A DNA stretch of 64,000 nucleotides from Cyanophyceae cyanobacterium (GCA_038321985.1 JBBQFN010000013.1:80106-144105), one strand, 5' to 3'; shown: positions 1-11,306, counted from the stretch's first letter. Numbers and translations: made by a program. Notes: generated by a model from the sequence alone, not told the origin.

Positions 1-2
1 AA

Positions 3-2135
3 GAGAAGAAGCACCTCGCCCATGAAGCGCTAGATAAATATCGCGAAATTACCCTGCTGTACGATATTTCTCAAAAATTAACCGCCTGCTTAGATGTGAA
101 GGAGGTCGCGAAAGTCGTTCTGGATGAAGCCCAAAGGCTAATGGGGTCTAGTAGGGGGTCGATACTGTTACTCAACCCCAGCAGTGGAGAGATCGAAACC
201 TTAGCTGAGTTTGGAGAAACCGGGGAGGAAACAACCAAACTTAAGTTAGGAGAAGGAATTATCGGCCAGGTGATCGCTTCAGGAATAGGAGAAATTGTCA
301 ACGAAGTCAGTAGTGACTCCAGAAAAGCTCCCTGGGAAAAGCAGATAAAATCTCTGATTGCAGTTCCCTTGAAGACGAATGATCGATCAATTGGTGGGAT
401 CGCAATCAGTACAGTGGAATCCCATACTTATGCGGCCGGGGATCTGAAATTGTTAACTATGCTGGCTTCTCAAGCAGCCTCAGCCCTAGAAAATGCAATT
501 CTCCACGAATCAAAGTTGGAAGAAAGTCGCCGGGAAGCGCTGCTATTCCGGTTAGCGAGTCAGCTTCGGTACTCTCTAGATTTGGATACGATTTTAGATA
601 CAGCAGTGAGCGAGATCCGCACTCTCCTGGATATCGATCGCTGCTTTTTTATGTGGTATCGTCCCCACGCGGCCCAAGAAGCTTGGGAGGTGGTGAAAGA
701 AGCTAAAACCCCGAAATGTCCGAGTTTGTTGGGATATTACTGTGCTGAAGAGATCGGTTCTTTGGCGGATCAGTTGATTGACCGAGAAACGGTCAGAGTC
801 GATGAGGTGGAGAAGACCACCGATTCTCAAATGCGGGAGTTTTGTCAACAGCGAGGATTGAGTTCGATTGTGGCTTTACCGATCCAGACAAGATCAGGGG
901 AAATCGGGGCGATCGCCTGCGGGAGTTGCGGCAAAACTCGGCCTTGGAGCGATCGCGAAGTGGAACTCTTAGAGGCGGTAGCGAATCAATTGGCGATCGC
1001 GATCGAACACGCTGAAATGTATGAAAAAAGCCAGACCGTTGCCCTCGAAGCCCAAGCTCAAGCCCAAACACTCCAATGCACTCTCGAAGAACTCCAATAC
1101 ACCCAAAGCCAATTGATCCAAAGCGAAAAAATGTCGGGTCTTGGACAAATGGTAGCGGGGATTGCTCACGAGGTGAATAACCCCGTTAACTTTATTCATG
1201 GCAATCTTGAATATGCCCACCAATATAGCTACGCCTTGCTAAGTTTGATTGATTTATATCAGCAGCATTGTCCGGAACCCAATGCGCAGATTCTCGAACA
1301 CATTAAAGAGATTGAATTAGACTTTATTCGCTTAGACTTTCCCCGTTTACTCTCTTCAATGCTGATCGGAACCGAACGCATTGGCGAAATAGTTCAAAGT
1401 CTGCGAAATTTTTCTCGACTCGACGAAGCGCAGATGAAACCTGTAGATATTCATGAGGGGATTGACAGTACCCTGTTGATTCTGCAACATCGCTTAAAAT
1501 CTGCCTCTGGACAATTCCAGATTGAGATTGTCAAAAACTATAGTTATTTGCCCAAGATAGAATGCTATGCCTCTTCCCTCAACCAAGTTTTTATGAACAT
1601 CCTGAGTAATGCGATCGATGCGGTGGAAGAAAGGCCAGAAAAATCTGGAAAAATTACGATTAGTACCGAAGTGGTCAGTGGAGACTGGAACCGAACCAGC
1701 GCTCATAGGGGCCAGGGAATAGTAACCCTTGATCAAGGGCGAGATTTATCGGCGGGCGATCGCTATTCTTCTTTGAAGTCCTACTCTTGTATCCCCTCCC
1801 ATCCCTTGGCAGTCACCGCAGGGATGCCCGAGACAATCGCCTCTCCCTCCTTGGTAGTAATTCGGATTCGTGATAATGGATACGGAATCCCGGAAAACTT
1901 GCAAAAGCAACTATTTAACCCCTTCTATACCACTAAACCCGTCGGCAAAGGGACCGGACTTGGATTATCGATTAGTTACCAAATCGTCGTCGAAAAACAT
2001 CGGGGACATCTGGTGTGTTCCTCCAAACCCGGAGAAGGCACAGAATTTACCATTATGATTCCCTTCAAACAACAAGTCGAAGTCCAGACTGAGGAAGTTC
2101 TAAATTGTCACTCTCATTGGGCTTTGAGTTCGTAG
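3..2135 (+). CDS. GAF-GAF sensor histidine kinase (5' end outside window)
   Basis: Frame is open from base 3 (EKKHLAHEALDKYREIT...). Two GAF-like segments, H-box GIAHEVNNP, N-box NQVFMNILSNAIDA, G1 DNGYGIP and G2 GKGTGLGLS. Confidence 0.9.
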   Translation, partial: EKKHLAHEALDKYREITLLYDISQKLTACLDVKEVAKVVLDEAQRLMGSSRGSILLLNPSSGEIETLAEFGETGEETTKLKLGEGIIGQVIASGIGEIVNEVSSDSRKAPWEKQIKSLIAVPLKTNDRSIGGIAISTVESHTYAAGDLKLLTMLASQAASALENAILHESKLEESRREALLFRLASQLRYSLDLDTILDTAVSEIRTLLDIDRCFFMWYRPHAAQEAWEVVKEAKTPKCPSLLGYYCAEEIGSLADQLIDRETVRVDEVEKTTDSQMREFCQQRGLSSIVALPIQTRSGEIGAIACGSCGKTRPWSDREVELLEAVANQLAIAIEHAEMYEKSQTVALEAQAQAQTLQCTLEELQYTQSQLIQSEKMSGLGQMVAGIAHEVNNPVNFIHGNLEYAHQYSYALLSLIDLYQQHCPEPNAQILEHIKEIELDFIRLDFPRLLSSMLIGTERIGEIVQSLRNFSRLDEAQMKPVDIHEGIDSTLLILQHRLKSASGQFQIEIVKNYSYLPKIECYASSLNQVFMNILSNAIDAVEERPEKSGKITISTEVVSGDWNRTSAHRGQGIVTLDQGRDLSAGDRYSSLKSYSCIPSHPLAVTAGMPETIASPSLVVIRIRDNGYGIPENLQKQLFNPFYTTKPVGKGTGLGLSISYQIVVEKHRGHLVCSSKPGEGTEFTIMIPFKQQVEVQTEEVLNCHSHWALSS

Positions 2136-2289
2136 ATTCATAGATTGAGGGTGAGGAGCTAAATTTTGAGCGGTGTTATGGGATTGGCTCCCGAAATATT
2201 TCCCCTCCTCCTGCCCTGCCTCTGTTCCGGAGCGCATTTTAAGTCGGTGAGGAGTGCGGGCTAAGTGCGATCCCTCCAGAAGCCGGTGC

Positions 2290-2778
2290 TTACTTGAGCG
2301 TTTTAGGGGTGCGAGTTGGGATAAAATCGCTGGGCTGGTTGCGCAGAGTGTGATAGAGTTCAAGGACCTGTTGAGTATAAGTAGCAAACTCTGGGCGATC
2401 GTACAAGTTAGCATCACCCGACACCCACCAAGCCGCAGCACGACGCACGGCGATATCTTCATCGCTGCCACTCAGGGGATACTCGTTCCGTAATACGTCA
2501 TCCATCACGCAGACTAAAATATCTTGCGCTTTTCTCCGATTAGAGTTAAATTGTTCCGGAGTTAATTCCTCCCCAATACAGAGTCTTGACCACCTCGTAA
2601 TATTTGCCGGTTTGATATTCCATGAACTATAAAGCTCATGATTCATCCCGGATGAATTGGATGTAACCAAGCGCAGTGCCTCCACCAGGGCTACAACTTG
2701 GGATTCGGAGATTTGTCCCAATACTGGAAATGCCCATAATACAAAGCTGGCTAACAGTCCCCCCAGCAAAATTCGCAT
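2290..2778 (-). CDS. Hypothetical secreted protein
   Basis: 162-aa ORF with an N-terminal signal-peptide-like hydrophobic stretch; no catalytic motif recognised. Confidence 0.7.
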   Translation of the reverse strand: MRILLGGLLASFVLWAFPVLGQISESQVVALVEALRLVTSNSSGMNHELYSSWNIKPANITRWSRLCIGEELTPEQFNSNRRKAQDILVCVMDDVLRNEYPLSGSDEDIAVRRAAAWWVSGDANLYDRPEFATYTQQVLELYHTLRNQPSDFIPTRTPKTLK

Positions 2779-3157
2779 AAGTCTCCTCTAATAGTCCGCC
2801 CATTGATTTTGACTTATACTGGTGCAACTGTCTATCTTAAAAAAAAAATTATGATAAGGGAACAATAGAAAAATTTTTTTGTCCTTGATTGTTTAATCTT
2901 TTTCTATTTAGCCTTACTCAAATAGACCCTTAGCGGTTGCCTGAAACATCAATTGTTATTCAAGTCAACTCATTTTTTTAAATTCACTTAATCTCTCTCG
3001 TGCCTAAACATAAAAAGCCGACTAGCCTTGTTAAGGTGGGTTAGGGGGATTGTTTGGGCAAAATACAGGGGGGTAGAAGGGGTTCCTCGAAAAAATGAGG
3101 TGGATTCGGTCACGGTTGTTTTAACGGTTTGATAGACCTCCCAGGTGGCGATCGCCC

Positions 3158-3952
3158 TTATCCCTGGTGAAATTCATAGACTTCCTGAATCACGCGCACC
3201 CAACCTTGGGCTAAGGATTCCCAGATGCGATCGCCCTTTTCCGCCGTGGCTGCTGTCGCATCTCCTACTACCCCACTACTACTAATATTATCGGTCAACC
3301 AGGCAAAGGTTAAGGGTCCTTTTGTTCCTAACAAACTACCTTCAGGACGTTCTGGCGGATATTCCTGCACTGCCCTTTCCATCTTCACCCACTCGGGCAA
3401 AATTGCTAACATTAAGCTGGTTTCTGCATCACCGGCGTGCATAGCCAGCGCGCTCTCTTTTTCCGAGATCAGCGCTTTACTTTCATTGGGAACCCGCCAA
3501 GTCAACAGTGGAAATACCCTTAAATCTGGATATTTTACGGCTAAATCCTGGGCCGCAATTTCCACTACTTGCGGTTGTCCTCCATGAGAATTCATCAATA
3601 CTAATTTCCTAAACCCAGCCCGATAAATGCTCTCTCCAATTTCCATTAATGTCGATAAAAGAGTGTGAGCACTCAGGCTAATCGTCCCCGGAAAATTCCC
3701 ATGCTCGTTAGATTTTCCATAATATAAAGGCGGCAGCGCATAGGCAGGAAAGTCAGGATTCAGTTTTTCCAGGGCTTTTCCTAGAACTGCCATACTAATC
3801 GCACTATCTACAATCACAGGCAAATGGGGACCATGTTGTTCGATCGCCCCCAAGGGTTGAATTAAAACCACATTCCCTTTATCCGGCATCGCCGCGATCT
3901 CAGTCCAACTGAGATAGGCAAAAAAGCGTTCGGGCGGAATAAAACCGTGCAT
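3158..3952 (-). CDS. Creatininase / creatinine amidohydrolase family protein
   Basis: Motifs GAIEQHGPHLP-D, GxSxEH..FPGT, NSHGGQ and HAGDAETS. Confidence 0.9.
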   Translation of the reverse strand: MHGFIPPERFFAYLSWTEIAAMPDKGNVVLIQPLGAIEQHGPHLPVIVDSAISMAVLGKALEKLNPDFPAYALPPLYYGKSNEHGNFPGTISLSAHTLLSTLMEIGESIYRAGFRKLVLMNSHGGQPQVVEIAAQDLAVKYPDLRVFPLLTWRVPNESKALISEKESALAMHAGDAETSLMLAILPEWVKMERAVQEYPPERPEGSLLGTKGPLTFAWLTDNISSSGVVGDATAATAEKGDRIWESLAQGWVRVIQEVYEFHQG

Positions 3953-4179
3953 AGAGGACCGGGAAGATTTATAGGGTTGGGCTTTTTACTTTAACTCCAA
4001 TCCCATTCAAGTTGAAGCAACCTCTAGTCTTCTCCCCTAAGCCTGGCAAGGGGAGAGGGCATCTCTAAGTTTTGGTAAATTGTGACCCCCCCCTTATTGA
4101 ATGAGACTTCTCATCAAAAACTTAAACAGGTAGGGATAGGGGAGGAGGAGGTAGAAAATTTATCTTTTATGTTTAGGAT

Positions 4180-5121
4180 TCATCCTTGACTTTGGACTAT
4201 CCTTGCTCCTTGGGGATCCAACCCTCTCAACGATCCCGGATGAGAAGCCGATCGCAAAAAGGAGAGCAATTCTCGATTCACTAGATGGGGGACTTCCTGC
4301 TGGATCCAGTGACCGCAGTGGGGAACTAACTTGAGTTGAAAAGGAGCTTTGATTAATCGATCTAACCCATCGGTTAACTTATTGCTTAAGAAAGAATCTT
4401 CTTCCCCCCACAAGACTAGGGTCGGTGCTGTGACATAATGGGGCGATCGCCCCCAGTTATGGACCCAATTGAGGGGAGACATCAGTTGTCGGTAATAATT
4501 AATGGCTGCCGAGAGCACTCCCGGTTTTTCCAGGGCTTCCTGATAAATCTTGGCGAGTTCCGAGGTAAACGCTCCTTTGCGGACTGCTTGATCCTGAAAC
4601 ACCTTTTTGACAAAATCCTTTAAGTTCTGCTGAATCAGCCACTCCGGGACTCCGGGAACTTGAAATGCCAGGACATACCAACTCCGGCGTAGTTGATCCA
4701 GATTGCTTCCCATCTCCTGTACCCACTGCTGAGGGTGGGGCGCGTTCAAAATTGCCAATCGATCGAGGCAATTTGGAAAACGTTCGGCGAGATGCCAGGC
4801 GATCGCCCCCCCCCAATCATGGCCGACGATATGGGCCTTTACATACCCTAAACTCTCAATTAAACCTTTGATATCTGCACTTAAAGTATCCAGATCGTAG
4901 CCGCTCTCAGGCTTATCTGAATCGTTATAGCCGCGCAGATCAGGTACGACTACTTTAAAATAGCGAGAAAGCGCCGGGATTTGATAGCGCCATGAATACC
5001 AAAACTCTGGAAATCCGTGCAGTAGGAGAACAAGTTCCCCTTCTCCTTGGGAGACGCAGTGCAAGCGGATCCGGTTAGTTTCAATATAATGATGTTCCCA
5101 ATTGGCTTCTAGGGCTGTCAT
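4180..5121 (-). CDS. Alpha/beta hydrolase, epoxide hydrolase-like
   Basis: HGFPE oxyanion motif, GHDWGG nucleophile elbow, GHW catalytic His. Start moved to ATG at 5121 (MTALEANW). Confidence 0.9.
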   Translation of the reverse strand: MTALEANWEHHYIETNRIRLHCVSQGEGELVLLLHGFPEFWYSWRYQIPALSRYFKVVVPDLRGYNDSDKPESGYDLDTLSADIKGLIESLGYVKAHIVGHDWGGAIAWHLAERFPNCLDRLAILNAPHPQQWVQEMGSNLDQLRRSWYVLAFQVPGVPEWLIQQNLKDFVKKVFQDQAVRKGAFTSELAKIYQEALEKPGVLSAAINYYRQLMSPLNWVHNWGRSPHYVTAPTLVLWGEEDSFLSNKLTDGLDRLIKAPFQLKLVPHCGHWIQQEVPHLVNRELLSFLRSASHPGSLRGLDPQGARIVQSQG

Positions 5122-5410
5122 ATTTTTTTTGCAAGCGGGCTGTGTGGCCTGTGGCTTCTTCTCTATCTTTAGAGATAGAGACAGGAGTGGATCGAGAAAC
5201 ACCAATGCAAGCCAGATGAACCCAGAAGCGCTCGTCACGGCGGCGTTTGTAGTTCCCGTATTTCAGCCTAACATTTTCAGCCCCGAAAAGACTAGCCCGG
5301 TCTCTCATCTTAGCCGGCTCTCTCTCATCTATCCAAACCCGATGTTCTCCTGATCGACCCCCAGGAGATTTAGATATCGGGTTCCCTTCAATGATGAGCA
5401 CAGACCCCTT

Positions 5411-5773
5411 TTAAACGAGCTGCTCATTCACGTCTTCCACCGCCAGCTCAGGCTGGTCTGGAATGGCTTTCATCTGATATTTAACCAGGTTTGATAGTTC
5501 CTGGAGCTGGGCGATCGCTTCTGCGCCCTCTAATTTCATTAATTCGCGATCGTCGCGCATTTCCGTCCAGGTAATCCCGTAGTCCGACACCAAAAACCGA
5601 ATCAAGTGATCTTCTCCTAGGCTCACCATGAAAGAGGCACTATTCATCTGCCCCCCACAGGTATAGCAAGACGCCAGATAACCTCGACGCTCTAGCACGA
5701 TCGCTAGGGCTTGCAGGTTCATGACGAGATCCTTGACAAATTGACGGTGCTGTTCGGCGAGTCTGATAAACAC
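5411..5773 (-). CDS. DUF1815 family protein
   Basis: Conserved cyanobacterial sequence MFxRLAEQHRQFV...LASCYTCG...IRFLVSDYGITWTEMRDDRELMKLEGAEA. AGGAGG SD lies upstream of the GTG start. Confidence 0.85.
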   Translation of the reverse strand: MFIRLAEQHRQFVKDLVMNLQALAIVLERRGYLASCYTCGGQMNSASFMVSLGEDHLIRFLVSDYGITWTEMRDDRELMKLEGAEAIAQLQELSNLVKYQMKAIPDQPELAVEDVNEQLV

Positions 5774-6257
5774 TTATTTCCTCCTATCCTCACACCACAT
5801 TTTAGAACTTTATTAATCTTTTTTTTAGATTTTTGCTCCTCCTTGGGCCTATATAATATTTAAGGCTTCAATTGTTTAGTTGTAAACGTCCATCGGAACG
5901 GATGCCACCAACTTAACGCAATTCCTTATGTAGACAAGGTATCCGTTACAACACTTGATAGTTGGATGGGTCATAGATTCAAGGGAGTTTAGGGGTTTTC
6001 CGGAGTGCTTTGAACTCCATAGCTTCACCCTCAACTCCCCTAAAGCCTATGGGGGATGGCTTTTTAAGGCGATCGCCAATAAGAATAGGAAATTCTTATC
6101 GGAGTGATTAGAAAGTTGTTTGAAAGATTCTCAATCCTCAACCTGAGAAAGCAGGGTAAGGACCCTGTTCGCCTGGGTATTCAATTGGCAGCATGGGAGA
6201 GTGCTCCCGGGTGACATTCAGAGTTACATCACCCGTGAATGAGTTTGAAAAGGCCAT

Positions 6258-6470
6258 TTAGTTGACTTCCCACCACCCAATCGCAGGGCCAATAAAGCGA
6301 ACAGTTAGCCAAGCCACAATTAACAAACCAATGCCTAACCAACTTCCTTGGACGGTCCACTTTACAAACTGTTCTGACTGACTTTTAGTAATCGGCAACC
6401 AAGGCAAGATTCTTGGCTCCTGACCGTATTTATCTCCGAGAGTTGACTTGCGCCGTTTTGCTTCACCCAT
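6258..6470 (-). CDS. DUF2839 family small membrane protein
   Basis: MGEAKRRK N-terminus and a TM segment ending VRFIGPAIGWW. Confidence 0.85.
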   Translation of the reverse strand: MGEAKRRKSTLGDKYGQEPRILPWLPITKSQSEQFVKWTVQGSWLGIGLLIVAWLTVRFIGPAIGWWEVN

Positions 6471-7187
6471 AGTAAATAGAGTAGAACTGGTAAAATTTCA
6501 AATGGGTCTAAAGGGATACCGGAGGAAATCTCCCTCCCGAATGCAAAGCATCTAGGGTAGGCTTCCCCTCGCATTCCCTGTTTCTACACAAACGGATAGG
6601 CCCGTTGCGACGAGTATTCGTGCCGAGTACGATGAGGGTCGGACAGCAACCCTATGAATATTAGCTTGATTTGATAGGTTGTTGCTCAGTTTTGTTGCCA
6701 AACTTTACCCAGGGTTCAGTTTCCGTTGACCGGGAGAGGGTTTCCCCAGAGGTCCTCGCCGATTCCCCGGATTGCCGCGATCGCCTGGCTGCTGCCCCCG
6801 CCCGTCCGGGAAACCGAAGGCACAGACGCCAATGCGGTTGCTCGGATCAAAAAAGCAGTTGAGGATGATCCCCTTCCTTGGTAGCATCAAATCTAGGGCA
6901 TCGGATTCGCTCTGTAGAGGGATATCAATAAATTCAATAAATTCAATCGCCGAACTTACGCATCAACCCGATATCGGGTACGGGCAGTACCAGAATTGCC
7001 CCTACATTTAGAGGTCAATCTCCTTGATTTGCGTAAGTCTTAACTGGATTTAAGGAGGGGATTGACCGGAGTAAAGAGAGTCCAACAGTATCCAGTGGCT
7101 TGGGGAGTAAAACCGTTACCCAATCTTTGGTTTCAGTCCTGATCGTTCCAGACTTGAGTCGCGATTTTCACCGGGTGTTCAGCGTAA

Positions 7188-8897
7188 ATGGATCAGCTTG
7201 AATGTTTACCCTATAGTGTCGGTCATGGGGATGAAGGAGTATCCTTACAGGTGCGGATGGGACCGTATCGCATCCTCTTGGACTGTGGGATGGGAGATAT
7301 ATCTGCGCTGCAAGCTGGTTTAGAGACCCCGGGCGATCGCCCCGGCTCCCTACCCGCAGATTTAGTGCTGGTCTCTCATGCTCATGCTGATCATGCCCGG
7401 GGCTTGTTGGCTCTACATCAGACGTTCCCGCAGTTACCGATCTATGCGAGTGAAGTCACCACCGAACTGCTCCCCCTGAACTGGCCTGGGGAAGAACGCG
7501 ATCGCTTGAGATTTTGCCAAGCCTTACCGTGGCGCACCCCGGTAGAATTTCTGGATGGATTAACCGCCGAATTATTTCCCGCAGGACATCTCCCCGGAGC
7601 TGCCGCTATTTTCCTGAGCTATACCCCCACCCCATCGGGGCGTGAAGGGAAGCTATCCCGGAAGGAATCCCTACAACCATCCCGGCCCTACACCCTGCTT
7701 TATACCGGGGATTTTTTCCTCTCCAATTCCCGTTTAGTCGAAGGATTGCCCTTAGACGAACTGCGCGGATTAGATCCAGACGTGTTGATTGTCGAGGGGA
7801 GTTATGGCACATCGAGGTTTCCCCATCGGCGATCGCAGGAAAACCAACTCGCCGAACGGATCCAACGGGCGATCGGTCAGGGTCAATCCGTGCTCATTCC
7901 CACCCCTACTCTCGGCTTAGGGCAAGAAATTTTAATGCTGCTGCGGAGTCATCACCACTTCACAGGTCGAGACCTGGATATTTGGGTTGAGGGGACCGTT
8001 GCCGACGCTTGCGATATTTATTTAGAACTCTTACCCCAACTCCCTGCCTCCGTCCAAAACTTTGCCCGTCATCAACCCCTGTTTTGGGATGAACGGATCC
8101 GTCCCCGTGTGCGCCGCTTATCCCCCGAACACCGTTCGGAATTTGCGAGCGGCCCTTGTGTCCTCCTCAGTGACTTAAGCGCCAACCCCAAAGATTTTGA
8201 TTTAAGCGATCGTCAACCTTGGTTGATTTTGCTTCCCGAATATCCGGGACAACCTCAACGTTACGCCTCTGACTCCTTATTTGCCCATCTCCCCACCTCT
8301 AGCTTTACCCTCGAAACCTATTTATTAGCCCAGCATTGTGATGGCAATAGCACCACCCAATTAATTCATAACTTGCATCCCCAGCACGTTGTCTTCATCC
8401 ACGGTTCCCCCACCTATCTGGCCGATTTGACGAACTTGGATGAACTCCGCAACCGCTACCACTTACACACCCCAGCAGCCGGAAATCTGGTAGAACTTCC
8501 CATCGGGGAGACCATTTTGCAACCCGTGACCCCTGCCGAAATTTATCCGGGAGAACTCACAGAACATCCAGGCAGCGTTACCCTTTCCCTTCCCCAAACC
8601 CTGGCATCCGATCCCCGGTGGCAACACTTTTCCGATACAGGGTTAGTCGAAGCCCGCTGGCAGGGTGAGGAATTAGTAGTACGCGGGGTCTCTCAGCGAG
8701 AATTGCTGTCTCAAGGGAGTGCAGCCCGAGTTAATGCCAATATAGAATGTTGCGGAAATTGTCGGTATTATCGAGGGCAGCGTTGTTGGAATCAGATATC
8801 TCCTTTATTCGGCTTTAAGGTTACCCCGGATGGCTATTGTCCTGCTTTTGAAGCTCTGATTTCGCCCCCCGTATCTTCCCCAGATTCGGAGTCATAA
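7188..8897 (+). CDS. MBL-fold (beta-CASP-type) metallo-hydrolase/nuclease with C-terminal Cys cluster
   Basis: LLDCG, SHAHADH (HxHxDH), AGHLPGA, YTGD, EGSYG and a late H motif; C-terminal CGNC...C...C. Confidence 0.85.
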   Translation: MDQLECLPYSVGHGDEGVSLQVRMGPYRILLDCGMGDISALQAGLETPGDRPGSLPADLVLVSHAHADHARGLLALHQTFPQLPIYASEVTTELLPLNWPGEERDRLRFCQALPWRTPVEFLDGLTAELFPAGHLPGAAAIFLSYTPTPSGREGKLSRKESLQPSRPYTLLYTGDFFLSNSRLVEGLPLDELRGLDPDVLIVEGSYGTSRFPHRRSQENQLAERIQRAIGQGQSVLIPTPTLGLGQEILMLLRSHHHFTGRDLDIWVEGTVADACDIYLELLPQLPASVQNFARHQPLFWDERIRPRVRRLSPEHRSEFASGPCVLLSDLSANPKDFDLSDRQPWLILLPEYPGQPQRYASDSLFAHLPTSSFTLETYLLAQHCDGNSTTQLIHNLHPQHVVFIHGSPTYLADLTNLDELRNRYHLHTPAAGNLVELPIGETILQPVTPAEIYPGELTEHPGSVTLSLPQTLASDPRWQHFSDTGLVEARWQGEELVVRGVSQRELLSQGSAARVNANIECCGNCRYYRGQRCWNQISPLFGFKVTPDGYCPAFEALISPPVSSPDSES

Positions 8898-9100
8898 ATT
8901 TTGATAATTTAGTCTGGATTTACCCATAGCCAAGAGTAAGAAACGACTAAAGTCGTGGCAACGAACGGGAGAAAACAAGTCCATAGCCCTTTTACACTCC
9001 ATCCTGTTTTATAAAAGTCTGAATCTACAGGTTAAGGGGCTGTGGCAGGCTTTAAACACGAACAATGCACCGGAGTCCGTGTCAGTTTTGGCGAAAAAAA

Positions 9101-9139
9101 TAATAGCCTTTAGTACCACAGTGGCACTAAAGGCTATTA
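9101..9139. terminator. Long hairpin between convergent genes, likely bidirectional terminator
   Basis: TAATAGCCTTTAGT...ACTAAAGGCTATTA, perfect 14-bp arms. Confidence 0.6.
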
Positions 9140-9354
9140 TTAGTAATCCATTTTTCCGGTTTTTCCATCAGTTGCCAACTAGAACAGCGGTCCAAAAGCC
9201 GGTGGGAGGGGATAAAAAACAGGATTTCTTACCCGGTGAGGGGTATTATATCAATTATTTTTGTACAGAAACCCCGTTTATTCTAGACCTGAACCGATGC
9301 TCTAGACTTCTGAGCTGGAAACGGTAGGGTTTAAGACAAACCTAACTGTTGAGA

Positions 9355-9666
9355 TTATTCTTGATTCAAGTCGGGAGCACGTTTAGGAAGTTGTTCGGCT
9401 TCGGGACAGTCGTCTGATACCAAAGGCTCCACATTACCTCGGGAAACGCAGGCAATTTTTTGGCTAACGGCACCGATGCTTTCGAGACGGAACATCTCTT
9501 CCCAAGAAGAGAGTTCATCTTCTTCATCGGTTTCATAGCGGATGGTGACTAACTCTCCTTCGATGTCAAGAATGCGAACACCGTCAATCCAACGTTGCTG
9601 ATCCCGCAAGAAAATACTGACTTCACGACCATCGCAACAGAATTGATAAATCTTGCGGTGTAGCAT
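9355..9666 (-). CDS. DUF6679 family protein
   Basis: Conserved cyanobacterial sequence MLHRKIYQFCCDGREVSIFLRDQQRWI...WEEMFRLESIGAV. Start set at ATG 9666. Confidence 0.8.
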   Translation of the reverse strand: MLHRKIYQFCCDGREVSIFLRDQQRWIDGVRILDIEGELVTIRYETDEEDELSSWEEMFRLESIGAVSQKIACVSRGNVEPLVSDDCPEAEQLPKRAPDLNQE

Positions 9667-10439
9667 AGGTGGCTTCTCCTGAGCAAATAATTTTTCAATT
9701 GCTAAATCGTATTTCTCACCAAAGCGAGAATTCCCGGGCGATCGCACCAATTCCCCAAGAGTGAGGGTGGGACCGGGCTGGGGTGCCGATTGATTCCATG
9801 ATGCATGGCTTGAGTTGAACTGTTCCACCTCGGGGATGATGGCTGCCGATTTAATTTGACAGTGTAGCTTGAAAACCCGTCAATATTGCTCGCAATGTAC
9901 CAATTCAAATAAGATGTCGCCCTCGCCGAGGGGGGATATCGTAGCGAGAAATTGACAAGAATAGGGGTCTGAACAGGGGGCGAACAATAGTTAGGTGGGT
10001 TGGGGTTTTAACTAAGGATCGAAGGATAGTAAGACGGTGTTTAAAGAATAGTATGGTTACCGTCTCCCCCCATCCTGTTGCGATCGCCCCAGTTAGGCTC
10101 TCGGTCGAGTGGGTTAGGGTTGGCCTCCCGGGTGGCTCCTGATGAGTCAGTTCCAGAGACTGACTGAGGTAACTCGTCCCTAACTCGTTGCCGGGATGCC
10201 TCCATCCATTGGCCTAATACAAGTAGCTTCTTTTTACTATTGTACCGATTTTCGGTCACGCTGAGAGAACTCCCCGGAATTGGAACCTCGAATTTCACCG
10301 CCCCCCTGGCATCACCCAAGTTGAACTTCAGGGTCTCGGCGCAATCCGCCCTGACTAGACGAATCCCTAATCTTTGGGGATATCACCCACTCTGTAGAGG
10401 GGCGGTACCTGAATTGCTCCTACTCTAGTCGTCCCTGAG

Positions 10440-11306
10440 TTATGGCGAATGGTGCAGGCTGTCGGGGGTTCCCACAAAGAACGGACGATTTTGTTGGGTT
10501 CGTTCGAGGGCCACCGTCAAGGTCTCCCAGTTTTCTGCCTCGACTGCCCCGATCAACTGGTTAAGTTGGTCGCGGTAGGCATAGAGCGATCGCAAGACTT
10601 CCTCTCGGTTGTACTGCGCCATCATCACCCCTAACTCCGGATTGCCCCCACCGACTCGGCTGGTATCCCGAAACCCACTACTAGCAACCTGTTGGGCTAA
10701 TTTTAGCCGATTAGCGGTGGGTTCGCTCATACAGGCGGATATCAAACTCGCTGAAACCAGCACGGGCAAATGAGAAATCCAAGCAACCGCACAGTCATGG
10801 TCCTCGGGACTACATTGGTAGACGTGGGACCCCAGAGACCGAGCCAACTCAGTGACGGTTTTCACTGCCGTAGGGGGAGTGTTCTGGGTGGGTGTAATCA
10901 CATAGGAGCATCCCGCAAATAAATCGCGTACTGCCGCATCAAGACCGTTTTCTGCGGTCCCTGCCATCGGGTGCGCCGGGACGAAGTTCGGCCACAAGGG
11001 AGCAACCGCTTCTACCACAGGCAATTTCACGGAACCCACATCCGTTATGATAGCGGTAGGTTTGAGATGGGGGACAAGTCGTTTGACTGTCGATGCGATC
11101 GCCGCGATCGGCGTGCATATAAATACCACTTCGGCGTTTGCCATCAGGGTCATCTCTACATCTGCTTCATCCACGATTTGGCGAGTTACAGCTTCCTGAC
11201 AAGTCTGTTGGCGACGGGACACCCCTAAAATGTGGTGACCGCGCGATCGCAAATCCCAAGCCAAGGAACCCCCAATTAAACCTAGACCCACAATTCCAAC
11301 GTTCAT
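10440..11306 (-). CDS. tyrA: Prephenate/arogenate dehydrogenase
   Basis: GIVGLGLIGGS Rossmann motif, DVGSVK, HPMAG, HDxxVAxISHLP and GFRDTSRV. Confidence 0.93.
   Translation of the reverse strand: MNVGIVGLGLIGGSLAWDLRSRGHHILGVSRRQQTCQEAVTRQIVDEADVEMTLMANAEVVFICTPIAAIASTVKRLVPHLKPTAIITDVGSVKLPVVEAVAPLWPNFVPAHPMAGTAENGLDAAVRDLFAGCSYVITPTQNTPPTAVKTVTELARSLGSHVYQCSPEDHDCAVAWISHLPVLVSASLISACMSEPTANRLKLAQQVASSGFRDTSRVGGGNPELGVMMAQYNREEVLRSLYAYRDQLNQLIGAVEAENWETLTVALERTQQNRPFFVGTPDSLHHSP

Noticed and set aside
6471..7187. Short ORFs or an ncRNA (e.g. 6S) in the DUF2839-MBL intergenic region
   Set aside because: ORFs overlap inconsistently and lack motifs; no RNA family could be recognised by eye.
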